Assembly (NCBI GenBank): GCA_028534125.1
Contig: CM052817.1
Location: forward strand, 21,392,001-21,456,000
Direction: 5' to 3'
Origin: Lama glama
Lineage: Eukaryota
Length of the DNA stretch: 64,000 bases
Part shown: positions 52,226 through 64,000 of the stretch, one piece after another
Layout: each line of letters starts with the position of its first letter
How positions within the stretch are numbered: position 1 is the first letter of the stretch
The notes under the pieces: generated by a model
Database searches by the model: none
The model's input: the letters and a program-made list of their open reading frames with translations, nothing else
Told to the model about the DNA's origin: nothing
Translations under genes and position numbers: made by a program

Positions 52226-52929
52226 TGACTCTGGACTAGTGTCTATATATTTATATATAGTGTCATTATAACTTAATTGATATATACTCACATATATATA
52301 TTATATATAGTGTCTTTACAAATGTAAAATGGCTTTTTTTAATAAACCACTCCATGTCGTGGTACTGTTGAATCAGAGACCAAGATTGTAAAACATGAAA
52401 GATTACTTGGGCATTTTTCTTTGACAGAATTTGTTACTTTAAGTGAACATATTTTATTAAGTTAAATTAACTGATTGTCAATTTTATTCCTTTCCAAAAC
52501 AGTTCTGAGAAGCAGTGTGAACAGAGCCTGAGTTTCATTTTTGAGCTAAAAAACATAGTTATTCACTAAGTGCAATCACCTGAGATTATAAAGCACCTGT
52601 AAATAAAATTCATTTCTATTCTTATCAGAATCAATAGCCTCACACTTCAGGTATCTTCTACCCCTTGAAATACAACTTGTTCCTGAAACTTTTAATCAGA
52701 AATATCTGTACAGTTTGCTAAAAACAATGACTACAGAAACAACCACCACAATTAATGATTCTTTCTTTATCCTAAATCAGAAAGCAAGTTTGGTAAATGC
52801 CCCCTTTTCATTCTCCATCTACATCCATCACTTTATAATTTGAATCTTTTAGATAAAAGTATATGACCTGTATAAGTATATGACACTATACATATATAAT
52901 TTATATAGAGTCAATATAGATATATGACT

Positions 52930-54285
52930 CTCATGCATCACCAATAAAGATTTGATAGTGCCAAAAAAAAATCAAATTCTTACAATATGCCAGAATTAAA
53001 CATGTACAATAAGGACTAATCATTTAAAGCTGTGTATTATTGGCATATGAATAGAAAGAATAATGGGAAAAAAGGTATTATTTCAATATGTGGGAATAAA
53101 TGGGTTTGGGATGACTAACTTCCATTGTGGAAAAACAATAGTCTAATCTATAACGTATAAAATGAAGTAAAACTTCAGAAGCACACAAGTATTTAAAAAT
53201 GGTTTAAATAGGGCTACACCAAGCCAGAAGTGTTTAAGAGTGCACCTCAACAGGAGTGCCTGGAGAAACTTACACAGAAAAAGTATGGAAGTAAACAAGG
53301 ACATCACTGATTGCCTATAGTTTAAAGCCTAGTTAGCTGTTTGGGATTGGCTGTCCTTAGGCTTTGATTTTATAACTCCCCATTGAGATTTTGGTTTGCT
53401 TACATGGGGAACCATTGCATTAGAGCCACCTCACCTATTGGCCTCCTTGTTTAATTACTTTAACAGTACATTGAGATACTGATTTTCACCTGTCAGCTTT
53501 GTAAAAGCCAAATGTTAGTAATACTTTATGTTTGCGATGATGTGGAGGAAAAGACTGATAAAAACGTCACTGGAAATCAGTAAAGGACATGTAATATGTT
53601 TCAAACATATATAGTCTTTTTAATTATATATGTGTGTGTATACCCATATCTGTGTCTATATCTATATCTAGGTCTAAGTCTCAATCTAGGTCCATACCTT
53701 CTAACCCAATTATTCCACTACTAGAATTTATTCTAGAGATACTAGATACACATTATGCATTCAGGAAGGAATAGGGATGCCCAGCATTGAAATGATCAAC
53801 GTGTACATTTATTCACAGGAGCACTGTTCACAACAACTAAAGCCTGGATACAAATGCACACACGTAGGTACTGATGATATAAACTGTGGCACATATTTAC
53901 AATCAAATATTTTTTTCAAATATTATACACACACATATACACAAATCAGTAAAGATGGAGAGCACTTTTTAGATACAGATAGGTAAAGACCATCAAAATA
54001 CACTGTTACAGTGAAAAAAGCAAGCTGTCCAACAAAGGGTATTCTATCCTAGGTTTCTCATAAAAAAATGAAAACATAAATATATATTTTTGTTATTTAA
54101 ATATATCCTGGAAGGCTAAACAAGAAAGTAATACAAGTGCTTATCTCTGGTAGTGAGATTCCCAGATAGCAGGTCAGGATCCAGGAAGACTGAGAACTTG
54201 TGGAGCAAAACTCTTGATACTTTTCACCTGTTTGCTTTTGCAAATCATGTGGTTGTATTATCTATCAAAACGTGACTTAGAGAAA
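52930..54285 (+). mobile_element. L1ME-type ORF2/3' region split by an LTR
   Basis: 'gagatactgattttcacctgtcag', 'aacccaattattccactactagaatttattc', 'gtgaaaaaagcaagctg'. Confidence 0.65.
53205..53465 (-). mobile_element. ERV LTR fragment (same family as 15330-15639)
   Basis: Shared 19-mer and similar terminus '..ttgtttaattactttaaca'. Confidence 0.65.
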
Positions 54286-54960
54286 AGAAAAAGAAAACAA
54301 AACTGCAGAGCTGATTCAGTGGCTGTAAGTCATTAGCAGCAGAACAACCTGGAGGCTTTGCTGGATGCCCAGGAATGTTATTTGCACCTTTGCAGGTTCA
54401 GTTGCATAACAATGGCTGCCTGAGGGTTTTTCTTTCCTTTTTTCTTTTTTTTTTTTTTTTTTTGGTCTTTTCCTCATTCTTGACCCTTTTCCCATGGAGC
54501 TTTTTCTCAGCTAATGTACAAGAATTTAAACTTCTCCAGGCAGTCACTTTAGACGGAAACAAAGAACTGTTAACCAACTTTTTGAGCAGCATTTTCAGGT
54601 TAATTTGTACCCTTTTAGCATTAAGTTCACAGGACAGTGGCTCCCTTCCAAACACTGGGCTTCCTACATAGAGAAAGAGAAACAAAGTTCACAAACATTG
54701 TCTAACTTAACATGCAAATAATTTCTAAACTGAATTAATACTCAAAACATAGAGGTAAGAATAAAAGATCCTACATGTTAAATTGTCTAAAGTCACACAA
54801 AATAAAGTGATTCCGGCTGAGTGCTAAGCTATACCTTTGGCTTCTCTCTCCAGGAAACCATGCTGCTAGTATTGAAGTCTTTACACAGGGACTCACTGTC
54901 TCTAGAATGGATTCAGCTGAGGTTATTAATTACCCGTAGTTCTAGATGCTGATTTTCTGT

Positions 54961-55892
54961 TGCTGTGGAAATCAGTGAAGACTGAGCAAATGAGAACAAG
55001 CAAAGACCTATTTATTTAAAGCCTGCCCTAGATAAGGGAGTCAGCCACCATCATTTGTTCTTGGTAGAGATTCAAAGGTAGGCAGAGCAGTGGGAAAGCC
55101 TTATGATGAAAAAAGGGAAGGTTCCCAATCTGCTGTGATTGGAGACTGTTGGCATGGGGAAGCTGGAGTTGCTTAAGAAGGAAGGTACCCTGTGAGAGGG
55201 GTTAGGAGGATATGTTTGGGTTCTTCTGCTAACTAAAAATTGACACTTGCCATTTGCCTCTGCAAGGATTGGATCGCATTGGCATTTGCCATCTAACTCT
55301 GTTTGGATTAAATCATGAGCCGCTGTAGCCACTGACCTCCAACACACCCTGAAAAGATTTCAGGATGGATGTCAGAAATGAGGTGCTCTGTGCTCCAAGA
55401 AAACTGATTGAACAGGCCTTCAGATAGTCAGATATTTTCAGGAGAAGATTTTATGACCCCAATTCTTGTGTCTCCTCAAATCTAGAAAAGAACTAAAATC
55501 ATTAACGGTGACATCTGCTCCTCGTGACTAGCAGCAAACCTCTGCCTAGATGTGTGCTTGACTGCACGTACCGCCCCCTTCACTGAAATGACATATATAA
55601 TACTGAATTTCCCCTCTGCCTCTTTGGAACAGTTTCTCAGAGCTTTCTGGGATGCTGTCTCCTGGGTTATAGTCCTCATTTTGCCTCAAATAAAACTTAA
55701 CCCACAACTCTCATGTTGTGTGATTTTATTTCAGTTGACACTCCAGATGGTGCTAAGATGGAAGTAGGGGCAAAATTTAGGGATGGTGTCTGTCACTAAA
55801 CAAGTCCTGACATGTTCCTGCAGAGACTGTGTGTCAGGGTCCTGTTTTTATGAATGGTCTGCCCTGTGTCCCTTTGTACGTTCAGTCTCTCA
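54961..55892 (-). mobile_element. Older ERV1-class MER-type LTR (element A), split by element B
   Basis: Begins tgctgtgg.. and ends ..ttcagtctctca; candidate TSD CTGT / CTGC; the sequence resumes coherently after 55740. Confidence 0.7.
55227..55740 (+). mobile_element. Younger ERV1 solo LTR (element B) nested in A
   Basis: TG..CA termini; TSD CTTC / CTCC; AATAAA near 55689; 3' end resembles 33617-34087. Confidence 0.8.
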
Positions 55893-55918
55893 CTGCCTTC
55901 AAAGAGGGCACTCTCCAT

Positions 55919-56851
55919 TGCGAGAAACATATGACCAAGATGGCTGACAAAACACACTTTAAACACAACATTTTTCATTGCCCTGTTAAACCTTCCCTTT
56001 CTCCATTAGCGTGTGTTGTGCATATGCATTAACCAGCCCTCCTTAGGAGATAACCTTTCTTCTTAATCTTGTAACGGGTCACAGTGACCCATTACTTGCT
56101 TTCTACGTGTAGATCTGGATTGTGTAAACTGTCCATAATATGTCATTTGGCATATAACACTGTCTCAGAAACGTATATGACTGTGCTTTGGCCTCTAACA
56201 AATGGGACAGTCCTCAGAGCTTTCTGAAAGACTGTCTCTTGAGTTATAATCCTCAAGTTGGCTCAAAATAAATTTTTCCCTTTCTTTCTTAGATCAACTG
56301 TTGATTCATTTTTCATCAGCGTAGCCTTAGCATTCCCCTCAGCCCAACTAAACTTTAGACACTTTTCTTCCTGAGTTTCCTCACTCTAGGACTCTTCACC
56401 TCTTCTTCTTCAAGCATTTAATTTGGAAAACTTGTAAATTCTGCCCCTTTGGATCCAAACCTTGAAAAGGCTCTTGCCAGTTTTACAGCCCAGGATTCTA
56501 TTTCTCAGGGTCCTGGAAGCCATTCTTCTGAAATAAATCATCAAGGATGATAGTGCCTCGTCTTCCAGTCTCTGTGGGAGAGCGGGAGCCTGACTTCTAA
56601 CTTTCTAGGACACCTTGTTACAGATTGTAAAACTGCCTCCCATGAAGAAGAGAAATTTTTCTATCTTTAGGTAAAGCCAAGCAGCAAACACAGATGGTCT
56701 GTGAACTTCCCTAATTTCAGCTCTTAAAATTTCTCCCAATCTTTGCTTTATTGGAGTTGAGTTCAGACTCTCTCTCTCCTATTTCAATAATTTCGAATAA
56801 AGCCTTCTTTACCTATTCAACTTGATCTGGTGCAAACTTTGCTTTGTCACA
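55919..56851 (+). mobile_element. Older MER4-group ERV1 LTR (element D), split by element C
   Basis: 'aactaaactttagaca..aaaacttgtaaattctgcccctttg..tcatcaaggatgatag..ccagtctctgtgggag..ggagttgagttcag..aataaagcc..tgtcaca'; related to 61534-62165. Confidence 0.75.
55945..56321 (+). mobile_element. Younger ERV1 solo LTR (element C) nested in D
   Basis: 3' half aligns by eye to the reverse complement of 20149-20360 (gatctggatt.tgtaaactg, ctcagagctttctga, gttataatcct); candidate TSD TGGC / TAGC. Confidence 0.75.
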
Positions 56852-57675
56852 TTCATCATAACTTTAGTGTTATATATTTTTTTCCTATTCTATACTTTAC
56901 AGAATAAAATAGTTAAATGTGAAAGGTAAAAAGACTAAAGTAAAATTACACTTTAAAGTGTTAATAAAACAATAGATAAATAGATAAGACATTGGCTGAA
57001 ACTCAATTAGCACATTGAGTCTTATTTACATTACCATTTATTTAAAAAAGAAAAATAAACTTTGCTTTAAAACTTTTGCAAAAAAAATTAATGATTAAAA
57101 TAATAATTTAAAATAAAATGAGTTTAAACAGAGCCAGAGAAGATCTTTTGGGATAAGCAGCTTCGGCCTTTTCTTTTTTTTTTTTTTTAAATCTTCCCAA
57201 AAAAATCTGTGGTCATTGTTAACCACGTCGTTCCTGACGGGTGTTATCCCAAGATAATTTTATTTAACATTATGGTAGTTTCTCTAACTTTGGTCACTCT
57301 CCATACTTCTCTAAATACGATAATTTGTAGACTAAAAAGGGTTAACATTTGGCCCATACAAAAAGGGGTGAGTTTTGAAATGGCTGCCAAAAACAAACAA
57401 ACAGAAGGAATGAATTATTGTCTGGTCTAAAATTGAACTTCAGAATATTGATTGTAAACTCTTACTAACATTCCATTCACTAGGTCTAGGTAATTATCTC
57501 TTATAACCTCTAAAAAATCTTTAACTTGGAATTGTATGTAGACGTTTAAATAGCTAAGGGTTACTCAATCACACCAACTCTTTTACAAACAAACAAACAA
57601 AAAAACAAAAAAAACTTCAACAAGTCTACACATGGAGAGAAAAAACTCTAATGTGGAATCGTTAACAAGCATTCC

Positions 57676-57801
57676 AGAGGGGGAGGGTATAGCTCACGCG
57701 CTAGAACTTACACTCAGAGTGATGAGGCCCTGAGTTCAATCCCCAGGACCTCCTCCAAAACTAAATAAACAAACCTTATTATCACCCCTCCAAAGAAAAA
57801 G
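57676..57801 (+). mobile_element. Vic-1-like tRNA-derived SINE with perfect TSD
   Basis: 12-bp TSD AACAAGCATTCC (57664-57675 / 57802-57813); 'ggggagggtatagctca..gagttcaatccccag'. Confidence 0.9.
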
Positions 57802-58620
57802 AACAAGCATTCCTGTATCAGCAGGGGGGTGGTGATACGACTAGCCACAAGCTTCTGGCTAATCTGGCTTGACTTGATCATCTAGGTTTTAGTGCCATCT
57901 CCATCTACTCATTTAATGCCGAGTGCTCTTCATGACCCACAAAGACCCACATAAGAATGGGTGCATCCTTCTTTTAGGAATTTGACATCAATAGCAGACA
58001 CTTTTGTCTTTTTTATCTATAATATAAAAAGACAAAATTTAAGTAGAGGCTCTTTATCAAATGTTTCAGTATTCATAATTGTATATCTTCTTAATTGTAT
58101 TGAACTAGAAGTCTGATTCTCTTCAAAACACTGCCAAGTGTTTGCCACTGCTCTCCATTTCCTGAGAATGTTTGCTCCCTATCTATTCTATATCCTTAAA
58201 ATTGCTGCAGTAGGTGAGTTTCTGTCTCCTAGTTTTTGAGAGAAAGAGAATAATCTCCAGAATACTTATAATCCAAAAACAAAAAAACTGTCTTAATAAA
58301 AACAGCCAAATTTTTCTGAATGTTTACTAAGTGTCAGGAAATTTGCACTGGCTTTAAAACATATGATTTTAACTTTCATAAGCCAGTGATACACATAGTA
58401 TATGATATAAGCATTATTGTTCATCAGGTGAGAAAGATAAATAAGCATCAGAACACAAACCCATTAATTCCCATTATGCAATACTGACTTCCCATTCCAC
58501 TGATATTCTGTGAAGTAATACCCATCACCTCAGTGGCTGTAATCAGAGAATATGACCCTTTTTCATGATTCCATGGCCTTTATCTTATTTTTAAGTAAAT
58601 TAGGTCTACATTCAAGCTCT

Positions 58621-59050
58621 TGTTAATCTGAAACATTAAAACAGTCAGTTACTTTATCAGGAAAATGGGTTTATTCAGGAGCAGAAAATAATTGCAATTT
58701 TGGATGTGGAACGATGGCAAACCATATGCAATTCCAGTAAAGCAAATGAGACGAAACTCCTTTAAAGAGGAGATGTAGTTGGGAGGAGCTGTTTATAACA
58801 CAAAATCCACTGAAGGAAACTGGGAGTTAAAGTGTTGTGGCTTTTCATTGGCTGAGTCATGATAGTTTCTCATTGGCTGAGTTGTTGTCAGGTAAGAAGA
58901 AAATCTGCCTTCCTCCTATTGGCAGTAGTACTTCAGCGTCACTTCCTACTAGAAATGCAAGGTGTGTCTCTTCCTGTGGGGATCTGCATTGAAGTCAAGT
59001 TGTACTTCTGGCCTCCTGACTAAATTTTAGCAGGGTTATTAATTTTCATG
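58621..59050 (-). mobile_element. ERV1-class solo LTR
   Basis: Starts tgttaa; flanked by CTCT on both sides (58617-58620 / 59051-59054); minus-strand AATAAA near 58670; tandem 'attggctgag' CCAAT boxes. Confidence 0.7.
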
Positions 59051-60969
59051 CTCTCAACCTAATAAAGTTATTGGAAGCACAGTTACATTATACAACATGA
59101 TCAATATTGTAATACAATGTATGCACCAAATGTTGTAAGAGAACACAGACTTCTCTCAACAACAAAAAAATAAATATAACAAACTAAAAGTTAATTAATG
59201 CTATTTATACTGTCTTTTATTTTGAATCACTGTGAACCACTAGTAGTTCTAAATGAAATATGCAGTCTCGACCAGGTCCTTCTGTATTATTTGGAGTGAC
59301 TTTTCATGTTTCAGTCTTCCTTTGGCATTTTATCTCCTTATACGTACCTTATACGTATTATATCATGATTGATTTTCCCCCAATGCCCAGTCAGATCCTC
59401 AGAGAACTATAAGATTAAAAAAGAAAAAAAAAAAAAAGGAAAGAAAGCATATTTAAATGTATTTACAAAATAGGAAATATGAACTGTTTTGATTATTTAA
59501 AATCTGTCTAAATGAAATGTGCAGCATCACACACTCATCATCTTATCTAAACTTCTGTTAAGAAGACATGTGAGTGGAATTGGTATTTTCCACTTTACAC
59601 AATTATCTAAAGCTCCTTCAACTCAGTTTCTGCTGAAATTACATCTTGTCCTTGGGAGTGAAAAGGTCTTTGTTGTTTGTTTTTGTCTCATGACCTCATT
59701 CTTCTCTATAGAAGACTTAGGGATTCATCATCAGACCCTTAGAAAAAATACAGCATTTATTAAACCTCTTGTTCATGGTCCAGGTCTGAGAATCATACAT
59801 AAGAAGGCTTGGTTTATAAGGAAGGAAGCAATGTTGATTCAAGCAAAGCTGAGTGATAATTGACAAGTAACATCCAACCTATACAGATAAGGTCAAGATC
59901 AATGAAAGATCCAAGAGAGAGGATTATAATTTGCTGGGTTTCATTGTGGGTGCTCAGACGTTGGAAAAGAGACACTGAGAAATTCATGTAAGTAAACACA
60001 TTTTTACAGCTGTGTTAGAATCTGGACATACATATATAGAATGGATTGACACATGGGATGTGTGCCTTAGGGGAGCAGTTGTTCTTCTGCTATAGTTCAC
60101 TAGGGTGACACTGGTTCCAGTTTCTAGGGTGATAATATATGATAGTGCCCTGCAGGTTGTGTCTCTTAGTTGAAACCATTACACTGGAAATGGAGATAAT
60201 ATAAAGATTTTTATGGCTAACAGTATGCTATCTCTTTTTATTAATAATTTCATTGGAAATATCCTCATTATGTGTTTATTATATTTTCCTAATGCTCTGC
60301 AATAAATACATATGGCTTTTATAATCAGAAAAAAATACATGCTACTAAAAATTTTCTAATATATACTTATGGTTAAACCTGCTAGACAAGGGAAATACTG
60401 AAAATGAAAGCAATAAGATAACTTTCTTATTTGGGTAATTGAAAAAAATGACTAGCCTAAAGTGAATTTAATTTGGCAACTGCCCATATTTTATGTCCCC
60501 AATATGAATTTTATCTATGTTCCCAAGTTCATGCAGTTGTGATAAATACGGACTATTATAACTGTTGAAAAATTCTGTACCTTTATTCAACATAATATTG
60601 TGGTACTAATCACAAATTTTTAAAGAGCTGTAGAATAAAATGGGAAAACTGTGGGAAAAGATGGGAAAGTTGTGGGGGAAAAGCTGTGGACTAAATGACA
60701 AACTGAATGACTGCACAAATGGATGAGTGATATATTCTAGTTGTTAATACCTGAGTTGAGAATAAATCATGTCATGTATGGGTAGTGCAGAAAGGAATGT
60801 TCCGAGTAATCAAAGGAATTTATGTCAACCTTGTGACCGATCTCAATTATTCTGAAGTGAGAAATACCCCTTCCACTCCCACAAAAAGCATGTCCATAAA
60901 GCCATCATGCTTTACTTTCACTGTACTTTATGGCATGTAGAAAAAATTGATAAAGTCATTAAATTAGAC

Positions 60970-61163
60970 TCATAAATTCACAGAATTTTGAGGCTAAAAG
61001 TGTATTTTAGAGATCATTTAATCTAACACCCTCCATCTATTGGATCAGAAAGCAAAGGCATAAATACTAAGATTATCTCCTCAGTTCACACAATGACTTA
61101 ACTCTGAGCTTCGGTTGGAACCCTGTACTTGTCCTGCTCAGCCACTGGTTCCTATGCTATACC
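60970..61163 (-). mobile_element. MIR3/MIRb-like SINE
   Basis: 'cacagaattttgaggctaaaag..ttagagatcatttaatctaacaccctc'. Confidence 0.6.
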
Positions 61164-61533
61164 GAAACTGGTTTTCTTCAGGACCCACAGAGACACGGTG
61201 GCAGGATAAAAATACACAAACTGGCTTTTAATTTTAATTTAAAAATGATAACTTGATCAATGCAATGTTTTAATCAAATAAATCAGAAAAATGGAAAAAT
61301 TTTGATATGTGGTGTGGAATTACTAAACCACTGTGCTTGTATTAACAAATATATTACCTTATATTTAACCCAGTACCATCTTCTCTTTGTGTTTTCTAGT
61401 TTTAAGCCATAATTGAAATTGAGATACCCCCATGAAATGTAATGTTATGAAAGGGGGAAAAAAAAAGTCTAACAAAGACTTATAATATTGAAAACTGCAG
61501 AAATCCTGGTGAATAATGAGTACTTTCAAACTC

Positions 61534-62165
61534 TGTACCAAGAAACTTAACCAAATTTTAGCCTGGCTTCTAGCAGCTTTTAGCCTTGACTCAAGGATGA
61601 CCTCAGTTCCCTCTAAAATGCCTGCCTAAGAAAGCTCAATGTTGCTAGGAAAATTTGCTGTTTGTTCTAGCTAAAACTTGGTGATAGCCAGATAAACCTC
61701 TGAACACCTTCTTGAAGCAGTTACTTTAGAAATCTTGCAATTTTAAGTCCTTTCTCTGTCCTTCCAGATGTAAATCTACTACCCGAAACTGTCTCCTCAA
61801 GGACCTTGAGAATTGGCTCTTTGAAATGCAAGCATTCAGAAAGACTCCCAGGCACTCTCTCCCAGTCCTTGGGGGAGGATAAGAACCTAAATTCCACAGG
61901 CACCTTGCTTCAGTTACCTCCTGTCATAAAGATACACTGGGGAAGCCTGCTTCAATCACCTCCCTTCACGAAGTTCCTTTCTCCTCTAGCTGAGCCAGTC
62001 AAGAAAGCTGGTAGCCTAGACCCATGGACTGACACCCGTCAACAACTTTCAGTGCCTCTCCCTCAGCACAGGCCAGGCTTGAAAAGTTTCCAGCCTTTCG
62101 TTTCACAGCTTTGAGTTCAATTCACACTGGACCGTCTTTCCTGTTGCAGTGACTAGTGTCCATTT
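61534..62165 (+). mobile_element. MER4-group ERV1 LTR
   Basis: 'ttactttagaaatcttgcaatt..ttctctgtccttccagatgtaaatct..ctcaaggacct..tctttgaaatg' parallels element D; boundaries approximate. Confidence 0.7.
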
Positions 62166-63484
62166 TTCTTTATCATTGACGATACATTGCTAGGTGGCCA
62201 GAGCTGGCAGATCAAACTCAGACCACGGGTGATTGTGTGGGGTCCTCTCATTGCAACTATTTCAGGAGCATGAAGACCTACCCTGTAATATGATGCCATC
62301 CACATAAACTCCACTTCATACCATATTTTGAGATTAAATATTATAAACGTGAATGTTTAATTTCTAAAAAGCATCAGTGTAGCTGGAGTTGATGCTCAAA
62401 ACAGAAGAACTGACTTCCTAACATGTTCGATTTGACTAAGAAAGCAAATTCCTTACTTTAAGGCAGGTAGTACCCACTCTACATCTTCAAAGTTCAGGTG
62501 GATTTAATGTGTGATACCTTTGTTATGAATGATGGGAGTCCAGAAAACTGTAGCTAACTAGAGTATACAAGTACTATTCCAACAACATTCGAATGTAGAA
62601 TAATAAATTCCCAACCAATATGTAAGTTAATTTTGAGCCTTAGCTGGCTATGTTTTTACCCCTGGTTTAAGATAATAATTACGTACACAGAAAAAACTGT
62701 TTGGAGTCATTAGTTTGCTATTAATTGCTATTGTCTATTAAATTCCTCTATATGTTTTTAAAACTGTTTCTTTTTAAATTAAGGGTTGAATCAACATAGA
62801 AAAACATAAAATGATTTTTTGTATCTGGTGTGTTTATAAATTTAGCTTTAAATATATGCTATATCTGAAGAAATAATGTATTTCTTTATTTTAACATAAT
62901 TTCAGGGCTTTCTTATTATTATTTCACTAGGTTATCAAAGATATATGAAAGCTGTAACTATATCAGATACTGAGAATAAGAGTATTCGGTACAATTTGAG
63001 AGTTTTGAATACATCAACTATATAGCCAACAACAACAAAAATCTTTGCTAAAACTGTACTCTCAGAAATTTAATTCACCTAACCAATATCAAAATAAAAA
63101 CACATTTTAAACATCAATTCAATTTTCAGTCTCTTCACCTTTGGTGTGAATTAGTTCACACAGACTTATTTTTCTAAAAGTTAAGGACAAAAAAAAAAGT
63201 TAGGAACAAGCAATTGTGAGGTTTGTGCGTATTTATTATAGTTTTGTTTGAAAGGAGTAAGTGTTGGACTTCAAGTCTGTACTAGGAAACCTGATGTCAG
63301 GAGAAGGGCTGTGCCAAAATCTAGGAGATACCATGTGAGCCAAACACAGGAAGGAGTCAGAGGCAAACAATCTACTTGAAAATTTCCCAGCGAAAGTCTT
63401 AGGTATAAAGTTGGCCTTGTTAACTGCACTAAACAAATACTATCAGAATGGCTGGGGAACCTGAGACTCATGGTCATTTCACAC

Positions 63485-63915
63485 CGATTTATGTGAGGTA
63501 TTTACTGACAGCCTATGATATTTAAGGTCTTATGCTTTGTACAAAGTTTGAAAAGGCATTATTAAAGAAGCTAAAACATTTACACAAATAAGTAGGATGA
63601 AGGACCATATGTAAGTAATCAGTCCTCTTATTTTTATTTCTAAGTTCATCCATTTCCTTTCTCCCATGTAGAACATTCAGAAATGTTGAAAGAATATATT
63701 GGAAAATTATCAGAGCTTTGGTGAACAGGTTGCATAGCTGCTCATTCTTAGCAGAAGCTGTGGATAGTATATTGTAAACAATTTTTAAAGGCAGTGTTTA
63801 AATGGAAAGATTTTTAAGACCTTGATGAAAAATGTAAAGGAAAAAGTGTAAAAGAAATACCATACGGCAGGCAGAGAAGTCCACAGAAGATGGTATTCTG
63901 TAGCTTTGTATCTTT
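63485..63915 (-). mobile_element. L2 fragment
   Basis: 'tatttactgacagcctatgat' (antisense L2 tail) and 'aagaccttgatgaaaaatgtaaagg..ggcaggcagagaag'. Confidence 0.45.
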
Positions 63916-64000
63916 AGACCCCAAATCTTACTGCTGGATTCTACTCTCAGTCTTCTTTCTCCTGATAGATGACTTACATTTTTTTCCTATTGAAGTAGGT

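Noticed and set aside
15330..53465. Same-family, same-strand LTRs as the two ends of one provirus
   Set aside because: They are 38 kb apart, clearly diverged, and no gag/pol/env or primer-binding site is visible between them.
59887..59993. Possible + strand exon ending CAT|GTAAGT
   Set aside because: Weak acceptor without a pyrimidine tract and no recognisable peptide.
283..63477. All ORFs in the six-frame track (60-118 aa)
   Set aside because: None resembles a protein family I recognise. Most lie in LTRs, LINEs, SINEs or low-complexity DNA, many have non-ATG starts, and their lengths are typical of chance ORFs.

Overview
AT-rich mammalian genomic DNA with no recognisable protein-coding gene, RNA gene, CpG island or CRISPR array. 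Three tRNA-derived SINEs of the Vic-1 type point to a camelid genome (Camelus/Vicugna/Lama; inference). The window reads as a gene desert or very large intron, packed with decayed transposable elements: MIR, L2, old and young L1 fragments, hAT/Tigger DNA transposons, and about 20 ERV/MaLR solo LTRs, several with readable target-site duplications (TSDs). The supplied ORFs are short and lie mostly in repeats or low-complexity DNA, and I treat them as spurious. Repeat subfamily names come from my recollection of consensus sequences, not from a database search, and boundaries without TSDs are approximate. The best leads are: a four-LTR doubly nested head-to-head cluster (54961-56851) with a near-consensus SOX-OCT motif about 550 bp to its left; a CpG-retaining segment with a well-formed non-coding minus-strand exon at the left edge; a 27-nt microexon-like unit (46471-46497); a perfect 15-bp hairpin inside an old L1; and a repeat-free, motif-dense enhancer candidate (about 35.7-36.1 kb). 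I found no convincing evidence of a novel biological system.
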